This document shows positions 9,495 to 20,892 of a stretch of DNA of 64,000 bases, piece after piece. Position 1 is the first letter of the stretch, and every line of letters begins with the position of its first letter. The position numbers and the translations under genes are program-made. A model generated the notes under the pieces. It was not told where the DNA came from, ran no database searches, and saw only the letters and a list, made by a program, of their open reading frames with translations. This DNA comes from an uncultured Gemmatimonadaceae bacterium (GTDB taxonomy: Bacteria; Gemmatimonadota; Gemmatimonadetes; Gemmatimonadales; Gemmatimonadaceae). The stretch lies in NCBI GenBank assembly GCA_963843845.1, contig CAWJMB010000002.1, forward strand, positions 2,816,001 to 2,880,000. The letters run 5' to 3'.

Positions 9495-10899
9495 CGCGCC
9501 GCCGGGCGCCGCGCCGTCTGCGACGCCGTCGTCGACCGCGCTGCTGACGACGCTGCTGGCGCACGTGCCGCACGTGCGCGCGGAGCACGACGTCGTGTGG
9601 GTCGATCTGACCGGCCTGCCGACGCGCGCGACGGCCGTGCAGATCCTCGCCGCCGCCGCCGCCGCCGGCGTGCCGCGCGCGCGACTCGGCGTCTCGTGCG
9701 TCGCGCTCGCGGCCGAGATCGCGGGGCGGTGCGGACATCCGCGGGCGACCGACGACCGGCCGCTCCTCGTCGTGCGGCGCGACCACGAGCGCCGCTTCCT
9801 CGGCGCACACCCGGTCGAGTCGCTCGCGTCGTCGGCGGCGGCCGAAGGCGCGTGGGAGCCGCACGTCGCGACGCTCCTGCTCGACCTCGGCGTCGCGACG
9901 TGCGACGAGCTCGCCGGCGTGTCGGCGAGCGCGGTCGAGGTGCGGCTCGGGCGGCCGGGGGTCGCGCTGTGGCACCTGGCGCGCGCGCGCGACGACCGCC
10001 GCATCTTCGCGCGATGCCCGCGGTCGCGGCCGTCGGCGTCGCTCGCGTGGACGGAGTTCGAGCTGCGCGACGCGACGCAGCTCGTGTTCGCCGTCAACCG
10101 GCTGCTCGGTCAGGTGTGCGACGCGCTCGCCCGGAGCGGCGCGCAGACGCACCGGCTGCGGCTCACGATCACCGCGGCGCGTGGCGCGCCGCTCGTGCGT
10201 CGACTCGCGAGCGCGCGGCCGACCGCGAACCGCGCGGTCTGGGCGCGCCTCGTGCGCGCCGACCTCGAGCGGCTCGACGCCGGCGTCCTGCGCCACGGCA
10301 TCGCCGCGCTCGCCCTCGACGTCGAGGCGGACGAGGCGGCGGCCGGTCCGCAAGGCGATCTGTTCGACGCCGGATTCCAGAGCGGCGCGTCGGCCGAGTC
10401 GGCGCTCGCGCGCGTGCTCGACCGCAAGGACGGCGAGGTCGTCACGTACACCGCGATGCGTCACCCGCTGCCGGAGCGGCGCGTCGAGCGACACGTCGAG
10501 CAGGACCCGACGTCGCTCGACCGTCGGCGCGTCGCGGAACGCGCGCCCGACGTCCGCCCCGCCGAGACGCTCGCGCTCCGCGTGCTCGACCAGCCGGTGC
10601 CCGTCACGGTCACGACCGGCCTCGCGCACGGCCGCACGGCGCCGACCGCCTACCGCGTACGCCACCCCGCGTCGGTCACCGCCCCGTCGCCCCGCCCGCG
10701 CCTTCCCCGCGCCGCCGAGCCGGTGACGATCGTCGCGGCTGCCGGACCGGATCGCATCGTGACGGGCGAGGAGATCGGCGCGCGCGTCGGCCGCCACTAC
10801 TGGCAGTGCGCGACCGAGGACGAGCAGTTCGTGCTGCTGTACTGCGAGCACGGCGACGGGGCTGCCGAGTCGTGGTATCTGCACGGCTGGTGGGACTGA
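9370..10899 (+). CDS. imuB: ImuB, catalytically inactive Y-family polymerase
   Basis: VVWVDLTG, FLGAHPVESL, LGVATCDELA, clamp-binding-like QGDLF, C-terminal AAAGPDRIVTG...WYLHGWWD. Confidence 0.8.
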   Translation: MIFGALWSPAWTGAARSVPTLRLPQSRTPRARATATDGPTDDAPPGAAPSATPSSTALLTTLLAHVPHVRAEHDVVWVDLTGLPTRATAVQILAAAAAAGVPRARLGVSCVALAAEIAGRCGHPRATDDRPLLVVRRDHERRFLGAHPVESLASSAAAEGAWEPHVATLLLDLGVATCDELAGVSASAVEVRLGRPGVALWHLARARDDRRIFARCPRSRPSASLAWTEFELRDATQLVFAVNRLLGQVCDALARSGAQTHRLRLTITAARGAPLVRRLASARPTANRAVWARLVRADLERLDAGVLRHGIAALALDVEADEAAAGPQGDLFDAGFQSGASAESALARVLDRKDGEVVTYTAMRHPLPERRVERHVEQDPTSLDRRRVAERAPDVRPAETLALRVLDQPVPVTVTTGLAHGRTAPTAYRVRHPASVTAPSPRPRLPRAAEPVTIVAAAGPDRIVTGEEIGARVGRHYWQCATEDEQFVLLYCEHGDGAAESWYLHGWWD

Positions 10900-10946
10900 A
10901 TCGTTCGGCCGCGCGCACCGTCGTGCCTCCCGCTGCCGGCGCGTCT

Positions 10947-13900
10947 GTGGCCCATGACGGTCCCCGATCCGGAGACGGTCCGTTCGTCGAGCTCCGGGCG
11001 CAGAGCGCGTTCTCCTTCGGCGAGAGCGCCGTCGCGCCACGCCGACTGGTCGCCGCGGCGAAGGCGCTCGGCTACGACGCGCTCGGCCTCACGGACGCGT
11101 CGGACCTCGGCGGGGTCGTCACGTTCGCGCACGCCTGTCGCGAGGCGGGGATCAGGCCGATCGTCGGCGCGGAGCTGATGGTGCGGCACGAGCCGCGGGC
11201 GCCGCGCGTGCCGCTCGCGCTGCTCGTGACGAGCGCGCAGGGATACCGGAACCTCGGCGCGCTCGTCACGCAGTCGCGCATCGGGCGCGTGCACGAGTGG
11301 CGGCGGGCCGACGGCGGCGCGAGCGCCGGGACGCCCGGGCGCGGCGCGCCGTACGTTCACTGGACCGACGTCGCCGAACGGTCGGAGGGGGTGTTCCTGC
11401 TCACCGGCCCCCCGTCGGGGTGGCTCGCGCAGCTCGTGCTCCATCGTCGGTACGACGACGCGCGCCGCTGGCTGGATCGGTATCGCGCGACGTGCGGCGA
11501 CGCGCTCGCCGTCGAGGTCCACCTGCATTCGGCCGGCCGGCGCGAGGCCGTGGTCGCCGAGCAGCTGATCGCGCTGGCGGAGAGTGCGGACGTGCGATGG
11601 GTCGTCTGCACCAACCCGCGCTACGTCGACCCCGCCGGGCGGCGGGCGCTCGACGTGCTCATGGCGCTGCGCCACCGGCGGACGATCGACGAGGCGGCGC
11701 GCGAAGGGCTGCTGCTGCCGAACGACGCGTGGATGCTGACGGCGCCGGGAGAGATCGCCGCGCAGTGGCAGCGGCGCCCCGCGGGCGTCGCGTCGAGTCG
11801 CGCGATCGCCGAGGCGTGTCACTTCGACCTGTCGTGGGTGCGGCCGCCCCTGCCCGCCTTCGGTGACCTGCACGGCGAGGATCCCGACGAGTGCCTGCGA
11901 CGGCTGACCTACGACGGCATGCACAAGCGGTGGGCGCACAAGCTCTCCGCGGAGCAGCAGAATCGAGTCGAGAAGGAGCTGCGCGTCATCAAGGAGCTGG
12001 GCTACGCCGGCTTCTTCCTCGTGATGCACGACGCCGTGCGGTATGCGCGCAGTCGGAACATCCTCTGTCAGGGCCGCGGCTCCGCCGCGAGCAGTGCCGT
12101 CACGTACTGCCTCGAAGTGACGGCCGTCGATCCGGTCGACAACAGGCTGCTGTTCGAGCGATTCCTGTCCGAGGCGAGGAAGGACGCGCAGAGCGAGGCG
12201 CCGGACATCGACGTCGACGTCGAGCACGATCGGCGAGAGCAGGTGCTCGAGTACATGTACGACAAGTACGGCCGCACGCACTCGGCGATCACGTGCGTCG
12301 TGCAGCACGTACAGCGCGTCGACGGCGGTGCAGGACGTCTGTCGCGCGTACGGCGTCCCCCCCTCGACGAGCGACGCGCTCTCGAAGCGCGTCCACATGC
12401 TCGAGCCGTCGGAGGCGATCGCGCGGCTGTGCGACGGGCTCGCGGCGGAGCACGGCCTCGACGTGACGAGCGCGCGCGGCGAGGCGATCCTGGCGTCGAT
12501 CGCCGCGTTCGACGGACTGCCGCGGATGCGCAGCACGCACCCGGGGGGCTTCGTGCTCTCGGCGGCGCCGCTCGGCGAGTACTGCCCGATCGAGCCGACG
12601 ACGATGGGGCGCACGATCATCCAGTACGACAAGGACGACCTCGACCTGGTCGGCATCCCGAAATACGACTTCCTCGGGCTCGGCGCGCTGGCGGCCGTCC
12701 GACGCGCGTTCGATCTCGTCGAGCAGTTCAGGCCGGAGGAGCGGCGCCTCGAGCTCTACGCGATTCCGCTCGACGACGCGCCGACGTACGAGATGATCTC
12801 GCGCGGCGACACGTTAGGCACCTTCCAGATCGAGAGCCGCGCGCAGATCGCGTCGCTCGTCAACACGAGACCCGAGCGCATCTACGACATCGTCGTGCAG
12901 GTCGCGCTGATCCGGCCGGGGCCGATCGTCGCGAAGTTCGTGCACCCGTACACGGAGCGGCGGCGCGGACGGCAGGACGTGACGTATGCGGGGGGGCTCG
13001 ACGAGCGCATGAAGCCGGCGCTCGAGCGCACGTTCGGCATTCCGATCTTCCAGGAACAGGCGATGGCGCTCGCCATGTCGCTCGGCGGCTACAGCGCCGT
13101 CGAGGCCGACGCGCTGCGCCGCACGATGGGACATCAGCGCAAGGCCGAGCGACTGAAGGCGGCGCTGCGCGAGCTGCGCGACCGCATGGTCGGACAGGGC
13201 ATCGAGGCCGGCGTCGCCGAGCAGCTCACCACGGACATGGCGTCGTTCGCGAACTACGGCTTTCCCGAGAGCCACGCCTGGTCCTTCGGCCTCATCGCCT
13301 ACGCGACGGCGTGGCTCAAACGTCACGAGCCGGCCGCCTTCTACGGCGGTCTGCTCGACGCGCAGCCGATGGGGTTCTACTCCGTGGCGACGCTGATCCA
13401 CGACGCGCGCCGCCACGACGTCGAGATCCGCTATCCCTGTCTCGCGCACGGCTCGGCCACGTGCACCCTCGAGCGGCGCGACGACTCGGCGGCGCCGGCA
13501 CTCCGCCTCGGCTGGTCGATCGTGCGCGGCATCGGCACGGAGACCCTGGCGCGCCTCACGGCCGCTCGCGCACGGCGGCCGTTCGACTCGATCCCCGACG
13601 TCGTGCGTCGTGCCGCGCTGACCCGCGCCGACGCCGCCGCGCTCGCCCGCGGCCACGCGATGGCGCACTGGGCGCCGAACCGGCGGCAGGCGCTGTGGGA
13701 GGCGCTGCGCGCCGTCGGCGACGCGCTGCCGCTCGGCCCGAGTCCGTCGGCGTCGGACGATGGCTACGGCGCGCCGGCGTTCGGCACGCACGACGCCGTC
13801 GTCGCCGACTACCACGCGGTCGGCTGCTCGACGACCGGGCACCCGATGGAGCGGCATCGCGCGTGGTGCCGCCGCGTCGGGGCGATCGACAGTCGGGAGC

Positions 13901-14199
13901 TCCTCGCCACGCCGTCCGGCCAGCGCGTGATCGTCGCCGGCCTCGTCACCGTGCGCCAGCGGCCGGCCACGGCGAACGGCACGCTGTTCCTGCTGCTCGA
14001 AGACGAGCACGGGCAGATCAACGTCGTCTGCTGGAAGCGGATCGAGGAGCGGTACCGCGAGTCGATCCGGCACGCGCAGTTCGTCGTCGTCTACGGCACG
14101 GCCGAGCACAACGGGGCGCTCGTGTCGGTCATCGCGCGGCAGGTGGACGTGCTCGGCGCCCGAGACGCGCTGACGCACCAGGCGCACAGCTTCCGATGA
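10947..14199 (+). CDS. dnaE2: Error-prone DNA polymerase DnaE2/ImuC (one +1 frameshift near 12306)
   Basis: PHP domain FVELRAQSAFSF, CQGRGSAASSAV, LLFERFLS, PDIDVD, STHPGGFV, FQIESRAQ, NYGFPESHA, QPMGFYS, VRQRPATANG, C-terminal AHSFR. Start could instead be GTG 10923. Confidence 0.9.
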
Positions 14200-14388
14200 G
14201 CGTTCGGTGCCGCATGCCGGCGCGCCCGACAGTGGGGCATCGTGTGGCCGAGTGTACGCCGGGCGGGCGGGACGGGCGTCGGCGTGCGGCGACCGCCGGC
14301 GCTCAGCGCCTGCGACGCCGTGGCGACGTGCGTCGCCGTCCGGACCGGGCAGGCGCTCGGCTGGAGTGACGGCGGCCGACGACCGCGC

Positions 14389-17300
14389 TCACCGCCGCTC
14401 GCCCGCGAAGAAGTTCATCTGCAACACCGCGCTCAGCACCGTCTGCGTGAACTGCGTGCCGAGATTCCGGTTGTACGTCGTCACCCGCGCCGCCGTGAGC
14501 CCGAACGTCAGGTTCTCCGCGACGTCGCTGTTCGCACCGAACGACACCGCGCGCCGCCCGTAGTCGGTCTGCACCGTCGCGCCGAGCGGCGTGGCGAACG
14601 CCGGCGACGTCGCACCGACGAGCGAGAGGCCGAGCGGCACGAGCGCTCCCGACACGAGCGTCCGCGTCCGGCTGTCCTGCCACCCCGCGTTGGTGCGCAG
14701 CGCACTCCGGAGCCCCCAGCGCGCGGGGGCCCGGAACGCCCGCGCCGCCTCGGCGCTCGCGTCGCGGGAGGTGGCGGTGAGACGCGTGCCGGGAAGGTCG
14801 TCGCGGCGCCGCTGCACGGAGACGCCGCCCGAGGTCGTGAGGCCGCCGAGCGCGCCCCACGTGAGCGAGCCGCTGAGCGGCCAGCGCTGCACGAGCGTCG
14901 ACCGTTGGTCGGCGGGCGAGAGCGAGTCGGCCGGGGCGAGCGCCGTCTGCCAGTTGCGCGTCATCCCGGCCGTGAGGCCGACGCTCGAGACCATGGCCGA
15001 CGGGCCGCGCGCGCGCCAGTTCCATCGCGCGAGCAGGTCGGGCACGACGCGCACGTCGCCGGTCCCCTCGGCGATGGCGCCGGTGCCGGCGCGGCGCCAC
15101 CAGCTGCGGTTCGTGCCGACGCCGACGCGATTCGTGAGCGTGAGGCCGTAGGGCAGCACGAGCGTGTTCGACAGGTCGGCGCGGTCGACGACGCCGGCGA
15201 GCGTGGCGGCGCGGCCGTCGAGCGTGCGGAGCGCGCCGATGCCGACGAGGCCGAGCTGCGCGCCGAGCCCGGCGTCCGCCGACGTCGCGTCGTAGCTCGA
15301 CGTCAGCGTGCGCGTGACGGCGACGTCGATCGGCTGCACGACGCGACGGAGCCAGGGGCCGCGCGCCGCGCTCGTGTCTGCCGGCGTCGAGCCGTTAGGC
15401 ACCGGGCCGGTCGGCACCGGGCCTCCCGTCAGCGCGCGCGCCACGTCGAGCGTCGCGCCGGCCGAGAGCTGGTTCGTCGCGCCGAGGCGGCGCGGGATGG
15501 TGACGGACCCCCCACCGCCGAAGGCGCCCGGGCTCGCGTACGCCGGCAGGTCGAGCGCCCCGCTCACGAGCGACGGCGCGTTCGGGTCGCGCGTCATCGC
15601 GTAGCTCGTCGCCACGGCGGCGCGCGGGCGCACCCAGCTCGCGAGCGCCGGGTTCCAGCGCACGTCGCCGGCGAGCACACGCTGCCGCTCGAAGCCGAGG
15701 TCGACGCCGCCGAACGAGTGCCGGGCGGCGGCGAGCGCGACGCCGCGCGCGACCGTGTCGCCGACGACGCCGGTGAAGGTGGGATAGTCGCGCAGGTCGC
15801 GCACCACGCTCGCGTCCCACCGCGCCGAGAGCGACGGGATCGGCCGCAGCTCGAGCGTCGCGCCCTGCTGCAAGACCTGGTCGAGCCCGTTCGCGACGCG
15901 CCCCGTGTCGAGCGGCGAACGCACCGGCGACAGAAACGCCGTCTGCCGCTCGTCCGTGCGCGCGACGCCGGAGGTGACGCGCAGCGCGGTCGGCGTCCAG
16001 CGCACGCCGCCGAACGCGAGGCGCTCGCCCGGCGCGAGGTCGTAGTCCGCGCGCAGCGAGAACGCGTGGCGCGCGCCGTCCTGGTACGCGCTGCGCGCCC
16101 GGCCGGCCACGTAGGTCGACGTGAGCGACAGGTTGTTCACGAGCGGCGCGAGCGGTCCGCTCGTCGGCGAGGCACGGCGCACGGAGAGCGCGTAGCTCGT
16201 CGTCGCTTCGCGCGGGGCGCGCAGGCCGTTCAGCGCGGTGCCGCGGAGATCCGTTCCCGCGATGAAGTACGGCGACGCGTCGAGCGAGGTGCGTGTCACC
16301 GTCAGCGGCAGCGCGAGCCCGAGGTCCCACGGCAGCAGCCGGTCGAGCCGCAGCGAGGCGCCGATCTCCGTCCCTCCCGCCGTCACGAACGACGGCGCCT
16401 CGCCGAGCTGGCGGAACTGCGGGTCGCGCCGCGTCACGTTCACCCGCACGTCCGCGAGGTCGCCGAGTCGCACGCCGACACCGAGCTGTCCGGCCAGTCC
16501 GGCGCGCCCTTCCGCGTTCGCGAGGCGCACGTCGTCGACCCACAGCTCGAGCGTGTCGTTCGGCATGATCGGCGTCGCGCCGCGCCGCGCCTCGTCGACG
16601 CGCACCAGTCCGACGGCGAGCTCCTGCACCGCGGCGAGGTTCGGCGGCGTCGTCAGCCCGTCCACCGTATAGACCATGTAGCCGCCGTCGCACGCCGCGG
16701 TGCGCCGCGCGAGCGCGTTGCGCGGCAGGTTCGAGCGCGCGATGAGCGCCGAGTCGACGCCGGTGCAGGCGAAGCGCGACGGCCCCGCGAGGCGACCCGG
16801 CACGAGCTGCTCCTGCAACGCCGCGCGCAGCCGGTAGAATCGATCGAAGTCGATCCGCACTTCGGGAAGCCACGCGCTGCGGTCCGCGCCGGCACGGATC
16901 GGCGTGCGGTACAGATAGAAGTTGTTCTCGTCGCGCCCGATGCGGACGAAGAACTGCAGGTCGCCGTCGTCCCCCCATCCGTTGCCGTTGCCGCGCGCCC
17001 AGACGCGCAGCTGGCGGAACGTCTGCACGTTCTTCGCGCCCTCCGGAAAGCGCAGATACGCTTCGGCGCGTTCATAGCGCGCGAGCTCGCCGCCGGGCAC
17101 GCCGGTGACGATGCGCAGCGAGCGCTCGTTGACCTGCACGCGATTCTGCTCGAGCCCCGTGCGGACCGTCTCGCCCTGCTGCACCGTGCCCGGCGGGGGC
17201 GTGTAGGGGCGCCGGGCGGTCGAGTCCTGCGTGCCGATCGTGCCGGCGACGACGTAGCTCGACTGCGTGCCCGACGAGTCGCCGGCGATGCCGGTCGCGA

Positions 17301-20300
17301 CGCGGTCGGTGCGGCGAAGCCAGGGCGCGCCGGTGAGTCGCACGCGGGCGAGCGCGATCGTCGTCGCCGCCTCGGTCGGCTCGTCGACACCGGAGACGAC
17401 CGTCAGGCGCGCCGCGCGCACGCGCCGCGGATTGAACGTGCCCGACGAATCGGTCGGCGCGCGGAACGGGATGCGGACGTGCACCCAGCAGCGCGGCACG
17501 CCGGCGGTGCTCACGGGCGCGCCCGCCGGAACGCGCACGGCGTCGCCGAGCGTCGGCGGGATCGTGTCGCACGTCGTGACGCGGCCGACGGTCGGGCTGC
17601 TCAGGTCGATCACGAAGCGGCGGAACCGCTCGTTGCCGAGCTCCGCGTCGCGGAATCGGAGCTCACCGTCCTGGTCGATGTCCTCCTCGTCCAGGCGTCC
17701 GTTCAGCACGGTGCAGTCCGACGTCGGATCGCCGATCGCGCGGAGCCCGCCCAGCGTCGCGCGGCAGAGCGGGAGCGAGTCGACGCGGCTCACACTCCCG
17801 CCGCTGACGACCGTGAGCGGGGCGGCGCGATCGCCGGGCAGACCGCGGTCGCCGTTCGCCGCGTCGAACACGCGCGACAGCGGATCGCGCTCGGTGTCGA
17901 GCGTGTCGTAGCCGGCGAGCACGCGGCCCGAGTAGAGCGAGTCGACGCCGGTCGGCGCCCCCGGGCGCGGCACGACGCGCAGCGTGTCCGGCCGGAAGGC
18001 GACCGAGTTCTCCGACAGCTCGCCGAAGTCGAACACGAGCGTCGGGTTGCGCGTCCGCTGCGCGCCGCGCGGGTCGTGGACGAGCGCGTAGAACTCGAGG
18101 TCCTCGACGCGCGACAGATCGGCGCCCCCCGCGTTCAGCACGCTGCGGATCGAGCGCCAGCGGCGGCCGACGACCGGGTGCCCCGTCTGCCAGCGAAAGC
18201 GCGGACTGCCGCCCGCCACCGCCCCCTCCGACGCCGGCAGTCCGCCGATGCTCCCCGGGTAGAGCGTGAGCCAGAACACCGGCTCCGACGGCGTCGAGCC
18301 GGCGCCCTGCAACTGGATCGCCGGATCGATCTGCTGGATCGTGCGGAAGTACGGCGCCGAGCCGCCGAGCGCCGAGACCGTCGACTGCCAGGCGAGCGTC
18401 GTCGCGCGGTCGAGCGAGAAGATCGAGCCGACGGCGCGCGTCAGCGCGCTCGTGACCGCCGGCCGGCTGCCGTAGTACCACCCCGCCTCGTTGAGCGGGA
18501 GGTAGACGCCCCCCTCCCCCTCGAACGTCTCGAGATACGCCTGCTGCGTCGCGCCGGGGTTCGGCTTGCTCGCCGCGAGCTCGCCGTGCAGCGTGATGCG
18601 GGCGGCCGGCGGCCCCGTCGTGTCACCCGCGACACGCGCCTGGCGAGCGCCGCGGCGAGAGCGCGACGTGAGCCGGTCGGCGAGGCGCGCGAGCAACGGC
18701 GCGTTCCACGAGAAGTCGGCCCCCACCCCGGCGATCGTCCCGGCGGCCGCCTCGAGGCCCAGGGGCGGGCGCGTGAACGACGACGACCGGCGCGCCTGGT
18801 ACAGCCCCGTGAAGTAGACCGCCCCCGCACGCGTCGGCCACTCCATCGCCGCACCGATCACGTTCGTCGGCTGCGAGATGAACGTCGGGTTCTCCTCGAA
18901 CTTCACGGACACCGGCGTCGGCGTCGGGAAGAGCGCGGCCGGCGCGAGGAACGTCACCGTGCCGAGCTCGTAGTCGATCGTGTACTCCACGTCGCGGATC
19001 AGCGTGCGGCCGAGCGCCGTGATCCGTTCGGAGCCCTGCCGCAGCTGCAGACTGCCTAACGCGATCGTCGTCGCCGCCTCGGGCCCGAGCTCGGACTCGT
19101 AGCGCAGCCGCAGCCGGTAGATCGCCGGCGGCTGCTGCGACGAGTAGAGGAACTCGCTCGGGAAGGTGTAGAGCGTGTCGTTCGCCGGGTTCTGCGCGCT
19201 CACGACCCCGCCGCCGCTGCCGCCGAACCCGCCGCCGCGCGCGAACGGCCGCTGCGACGGGAAGATCACGAAGTAGTCGCGCAGCTGCTTCCCGCCCAGC
19301 GCGCCGTCGCCGCCGATGCGCGCGTTCGGGTCGGTCGCGCGCGGCCAGAGGCGGTTCGGCACGTCGAACGTGGTCGCGCTCGTGCGCTGCGCGAGCCCGA
19401 AGAGCTGGAGGTACGTCGCGCCGAGCGTCGCGTCGGGCGGCTTCTCCTGGTCTCCGATGCCGGTGACGATCCGTACGCCGATCGTCTCGCGCCGCAGATC
19501 CTCCCCGCCCACGCGGTACACGTTGCGCATCTCGCGCACGAACGCGCTGTCCCCGGGCGCCAGCTCGGGCTCCCACAGCAGGTTCGCGAGCTGCGTCGCG
19601 CCGGTCAGCTCGAGGTCGGGCGTGCCGCCGGTGCCCTCGACGCGCGTGCGGCGGCCGTTCACGTTCACCTCGTACGCGACCGCGAGCCGCTCGCTGTTGA
19701 CGTTGAGCGGATTGACGAGCGCGATCCAGAGCAGCGTCTGGTCGACGTAGTAGTCGATCCCCTCGCGCAGCACCTCGTACGTCTGTGGCGTCTGGTTCTT
19801 CGCGCCGCGCACGGTGAGCTTCGGCCCGCGCGGATTCTGGAACGCCGCGCCGATGAGCTGTCGGTACACGACGAGCCGCGCCGGCCGCACCGTGTCGGGC
19901 AGCGACCGCGCCGCGCGCTCGAGCGACACGCGATCGAGCACGTCGACGTTCGGGAACCCCGGCAGCCGCCGCGGATCGATCGTCCAGAAGAACCGCCGCG
20001 GCTCGAACTCGAAGTCGTTCACGGCGCGCTCGATCGTCTGCGACGCGCGGTCGCCGCCGACGGTGAACACCCGGTCGCGGATGACCGTTCCGCGTTGCTG
20101 TGCGGCGATCGCGCGCCACTGCACCGCGCCGACGCGGCCCCCCAGCTGCACTCCGTAGTTGTTGCTCGGCATCCCGCCGGTGATGAAGCGCGAGGCGGGC
20201 GGCACGAAGGTGACGTTCCCGATCTCGAAGCGGCCGAGGGCCGCGCGCGGGCGCGTCGATTCCCAGCGCAGGGTGATCTGGTTCGACGCGTCGAACTCGC

Positions 20301-20844
20301 GCCGCGTGTCGTAGTCGAGGTCGACGTGCACCTGCTCGGCGACCGTCCCCGTGGAGCGGATGCCGAAGAGGAAGTTGCCGTCGAACTGGAAGCCGGCGCG
20401 ACAGCCCAACGAGAGCGCCGACACGCCGCTCGCGCAGCGGTCGTTGCGCGTTCGCTCGAGCTTCGTCTCGAGCCGCCCGTCGAACGCGACCGAGAGCGCG
20501 CCGAACGGATTCGGCACCGTGTCGCGCGGAAGCGCGTCGCGCGCTACCGTGTCGCGCGCCGCCGGCCGCGGCCGCACCGTGTCGATCCCCGCGGGACGCG
20601 GGGGCTGCGTGAGCGGCGTCGGGCGCGCGGCCGGCGCGGGGGCTCGCGCCGGCGCGGGCGTCGTCGGCACCGAGTCGGGCGGCAGCTGGCGACGCCCGGC
20701 CGTGTCCACGCGCACCGGAACGGCCGGAAGCGGCGGCTGACCAGGAGGAGGCCGCGTCGGGCGCACCTGCGCGGCGGCCGTCGAGGCAGTGGCGAACACG
20801 ACGGTCGCCAGCGCGCCGACCAGCGGGCCGAGCGGAGAACGCAC
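14389..20844 (-). CDS. SprA/Sov-like giant outer-membrane protein (2151 aa)
   Basis: Signal peptide; VHVDLDYDTRREFDASNQI and EIGNVTF...NYGVQ motifs; DVEYTIDYELGTVTF; LDEEDIDQDG; ELWVDDVRL; amphipathic beta-strand C-terminal half. Recognised by motif memory, not by search. Confidence 0.7.
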   Translation of the reverse strand: MRSPLGPLVGALATVVFATASTAAAQVRPTRPPPGQPPLPAVPVRVDTAGRRQLPPDSVPTTPAPARAPAPAARPTPLTQPPRPAGIDTVRPRPAARDTVARDALPRDTVPNPFGALSVAFDGRLETKLERTRNDRCASGVSALSLGCRAGFQFDGNFLFGIRSTGTVAEQVHVDLDYDTRREFDASNQITLRWESTRPRAALGRFEIGNVTFVPPASRFITGGMPSNNYGVQLGGRVGAVQWRAIAAQQRGTVIRDRVFTVGGDRASQTIERAVNDFEFEPRRFFWTIDPRRLPGFPNVDVLDRVSLERAARSLPDTVRPARLVVYRQLIGAAFQNPRGPKLTVRGAKNQTPQTYEVLREGIDYYVDQTLLWIALVNPLNVNSERLAVAYEVNVNGRRTRVEGTGGTPDLELTGATQLANLLWEPELAPGDSAFVREMRNVYRVGGEDLRRETIGVRIVTGIGDQEKPPDATLGATYLQLFGLAQRTSATTFDVPNRLWPRATDPNARIGGDGALGGKQLRDYFVIFPSQRPFARGGGFGGSGGGVVSAQNPANDTLYTFPSEFLYSSQQPPAIYRLRLRYESELGPEAATTIALGSLQLRQGSERITALGRTLIRDVEYTIDYELGTVTFLAPAALFPTPTPVSVKFEENPTFISQPTNVIGAAMEWPTRAGAVYFTGLYQARRSSSFTRPPLGLEAAAGTIAGVGADFSWNAPLLARLADRLTSRSRRGARQARVAGDTTGPPAARITLHGELAASKPNPGATQQAYLETFEGEGGVYLPLNEAGWYYGSRPAVTSALTRAVGSIFSLDRATTLAWQSTVSALGGSAPYFRTIQQIDPAIQLQGAGSTPSEPVFWLTLYPGSIGGLPASEGAVAGGSPRFRWQTGHPVVGRRWRSIRSVLNAGGADLSRVEDLEFYALVHDPRGAQRTRNPTLVFDFGELSENSVAFRPDTLRVVPRPGAPTGVDSLYSGRVLAGYDTLDTERDPLSRVFDAANGDRGLPGDRAAPLTVVSGGSVSRVDSLPLCRATLGGLRAIGDPTSDCTVLNGRLDEEDIDQDGELRFRDAELGNERFRRFVIDLSSPTVGRVTTCDTIPPTLGDAVRVPAGAPVSTAGVPRCWVHVRIPFRAPTDSSGTFNPRRVRAARLTVVSGVDEPTEAATTIALARVRLTGAPWLRRTDRVATGIAGDSSGTQSSYVVAGTIGTQDSTARRPYTPPPGTVQQGETVRTGLEQNRVQVNERSLRIVTGVPGGELARYERAEAYLRFPEGAKNVQTFRQLRVWARGNGNGWGDDGDLQFFVRIGRDENNFYLYRTPIRAGADRSAWLPEVRIDFDRFYRLRAALQEQLVPGRLAGPSRFACTGVDSALIARSNLPRNALARRTAACDGGYMVYTVDGLTTPPNLAAVQELAVGLVRVDEARRGATPIMPNDTLELWVDDVRLANAEGRAGLAGQLGVGVRLGDLADVRVNVTRRDPQFRQLGEAPSFVTAGGTEIGASLRLDRLLPWDLGLALPLTVTRTSLDASPYFIAGTDLRGTALNGLRAPREATTSYALSVRRASPTSGPLAPLVNNLSLTSTYVAGRARSAYQDGARHAFSLRADYDLAPGERLAFGGVRWTPTALRVTSGVARTDERQTAFLSPVRSPLDTGRVANGLDQVLQQGATLELRPIPSLSARWDASVVRDLRDYPTFTGVVGDTVARGVALAAARHSFGGVDLGFERQRVLAGDVRWNPALASWVRPRAAVATSYAMTRDPNAPSLVSGALDLPAYASPGAFGGGGSVTIPRRLGATNQLSAGATLDVARALTGGPVPTGPVPNGSTPADTSAARGPWLRRVVQPIDVAVTRTLTSSYDATSADAGLGAQLGLVGIGALRTLDGRAATLAGVVDRADLSNTLVLPYGLTLTNRVGVGTNRSWWRRAGTGAIAEGTGDVRVVPDLLARWNWRARGPSAMVSSVGLTAGMTRNWQTALAPADSLSPADQRSTLVQRWPLSGSLTWGALGGLTTSGGVSVQRRRDDLPGTRLTATSRDASAEAARAFRAPARWGLRSALRTNAGWQDSRTRTLVSGALVPLGLSLVGATSPAFATPLGATVQTDYGRRAVSFGANSDVAENLTFGLTAARVTTYNRNLGTQFTQTVLSAVLQMNFFAGERR

Positions 20845-20879
20845 CTAGGCGGGAGGCGGGGGTAACACGGAGAGGCCTT

Positions 20880-20885
20880 TATACT
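20880..20885 (+). promoter_or_regulatory. -10 hexamer TATACT 7 nt before the lptF GTG (leaderless promoter)
   Basis: Lies in the 48-bp divergent intergenic region; no SD before the GTG. Confidence 0.55.
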
Positions 20886-20892
20886 TAGCCGC

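Noticed and set aside
6084..10097. 1337-aa PilB with a long N-terminal extension (likewise 780-aa PilT, 999-aa ImuA, 1590-aa DnaE2 in the ORF track)
   Set aside because: The extensions overlap neighbouring genes; realistic starts are 7940, 6087, 8700 and about 10947.
10947..11800. Degenerate PHP metal ligands in DnaE2 (ELRAQS)
   Set aside because: Common in DnaE2 proteins; not novel.
12300..12330. Naturally split DnaE2, intein or programmed frameshift
   Set aside because: No intein or slippery motif; removing one base gives contiguous VVQTYSAST, consistent with a sequencing indel.
14242..19059. 1605-aa plus-strand ORF and similar long ORFs (4570-6267, 33521-38560, 49349-type antisense frames, 50773-53115)
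   Set aside because: Antisense or off-frame shadows of real genes in high-GC DNA; Arg/Ala/Gly-rich with no motifs.
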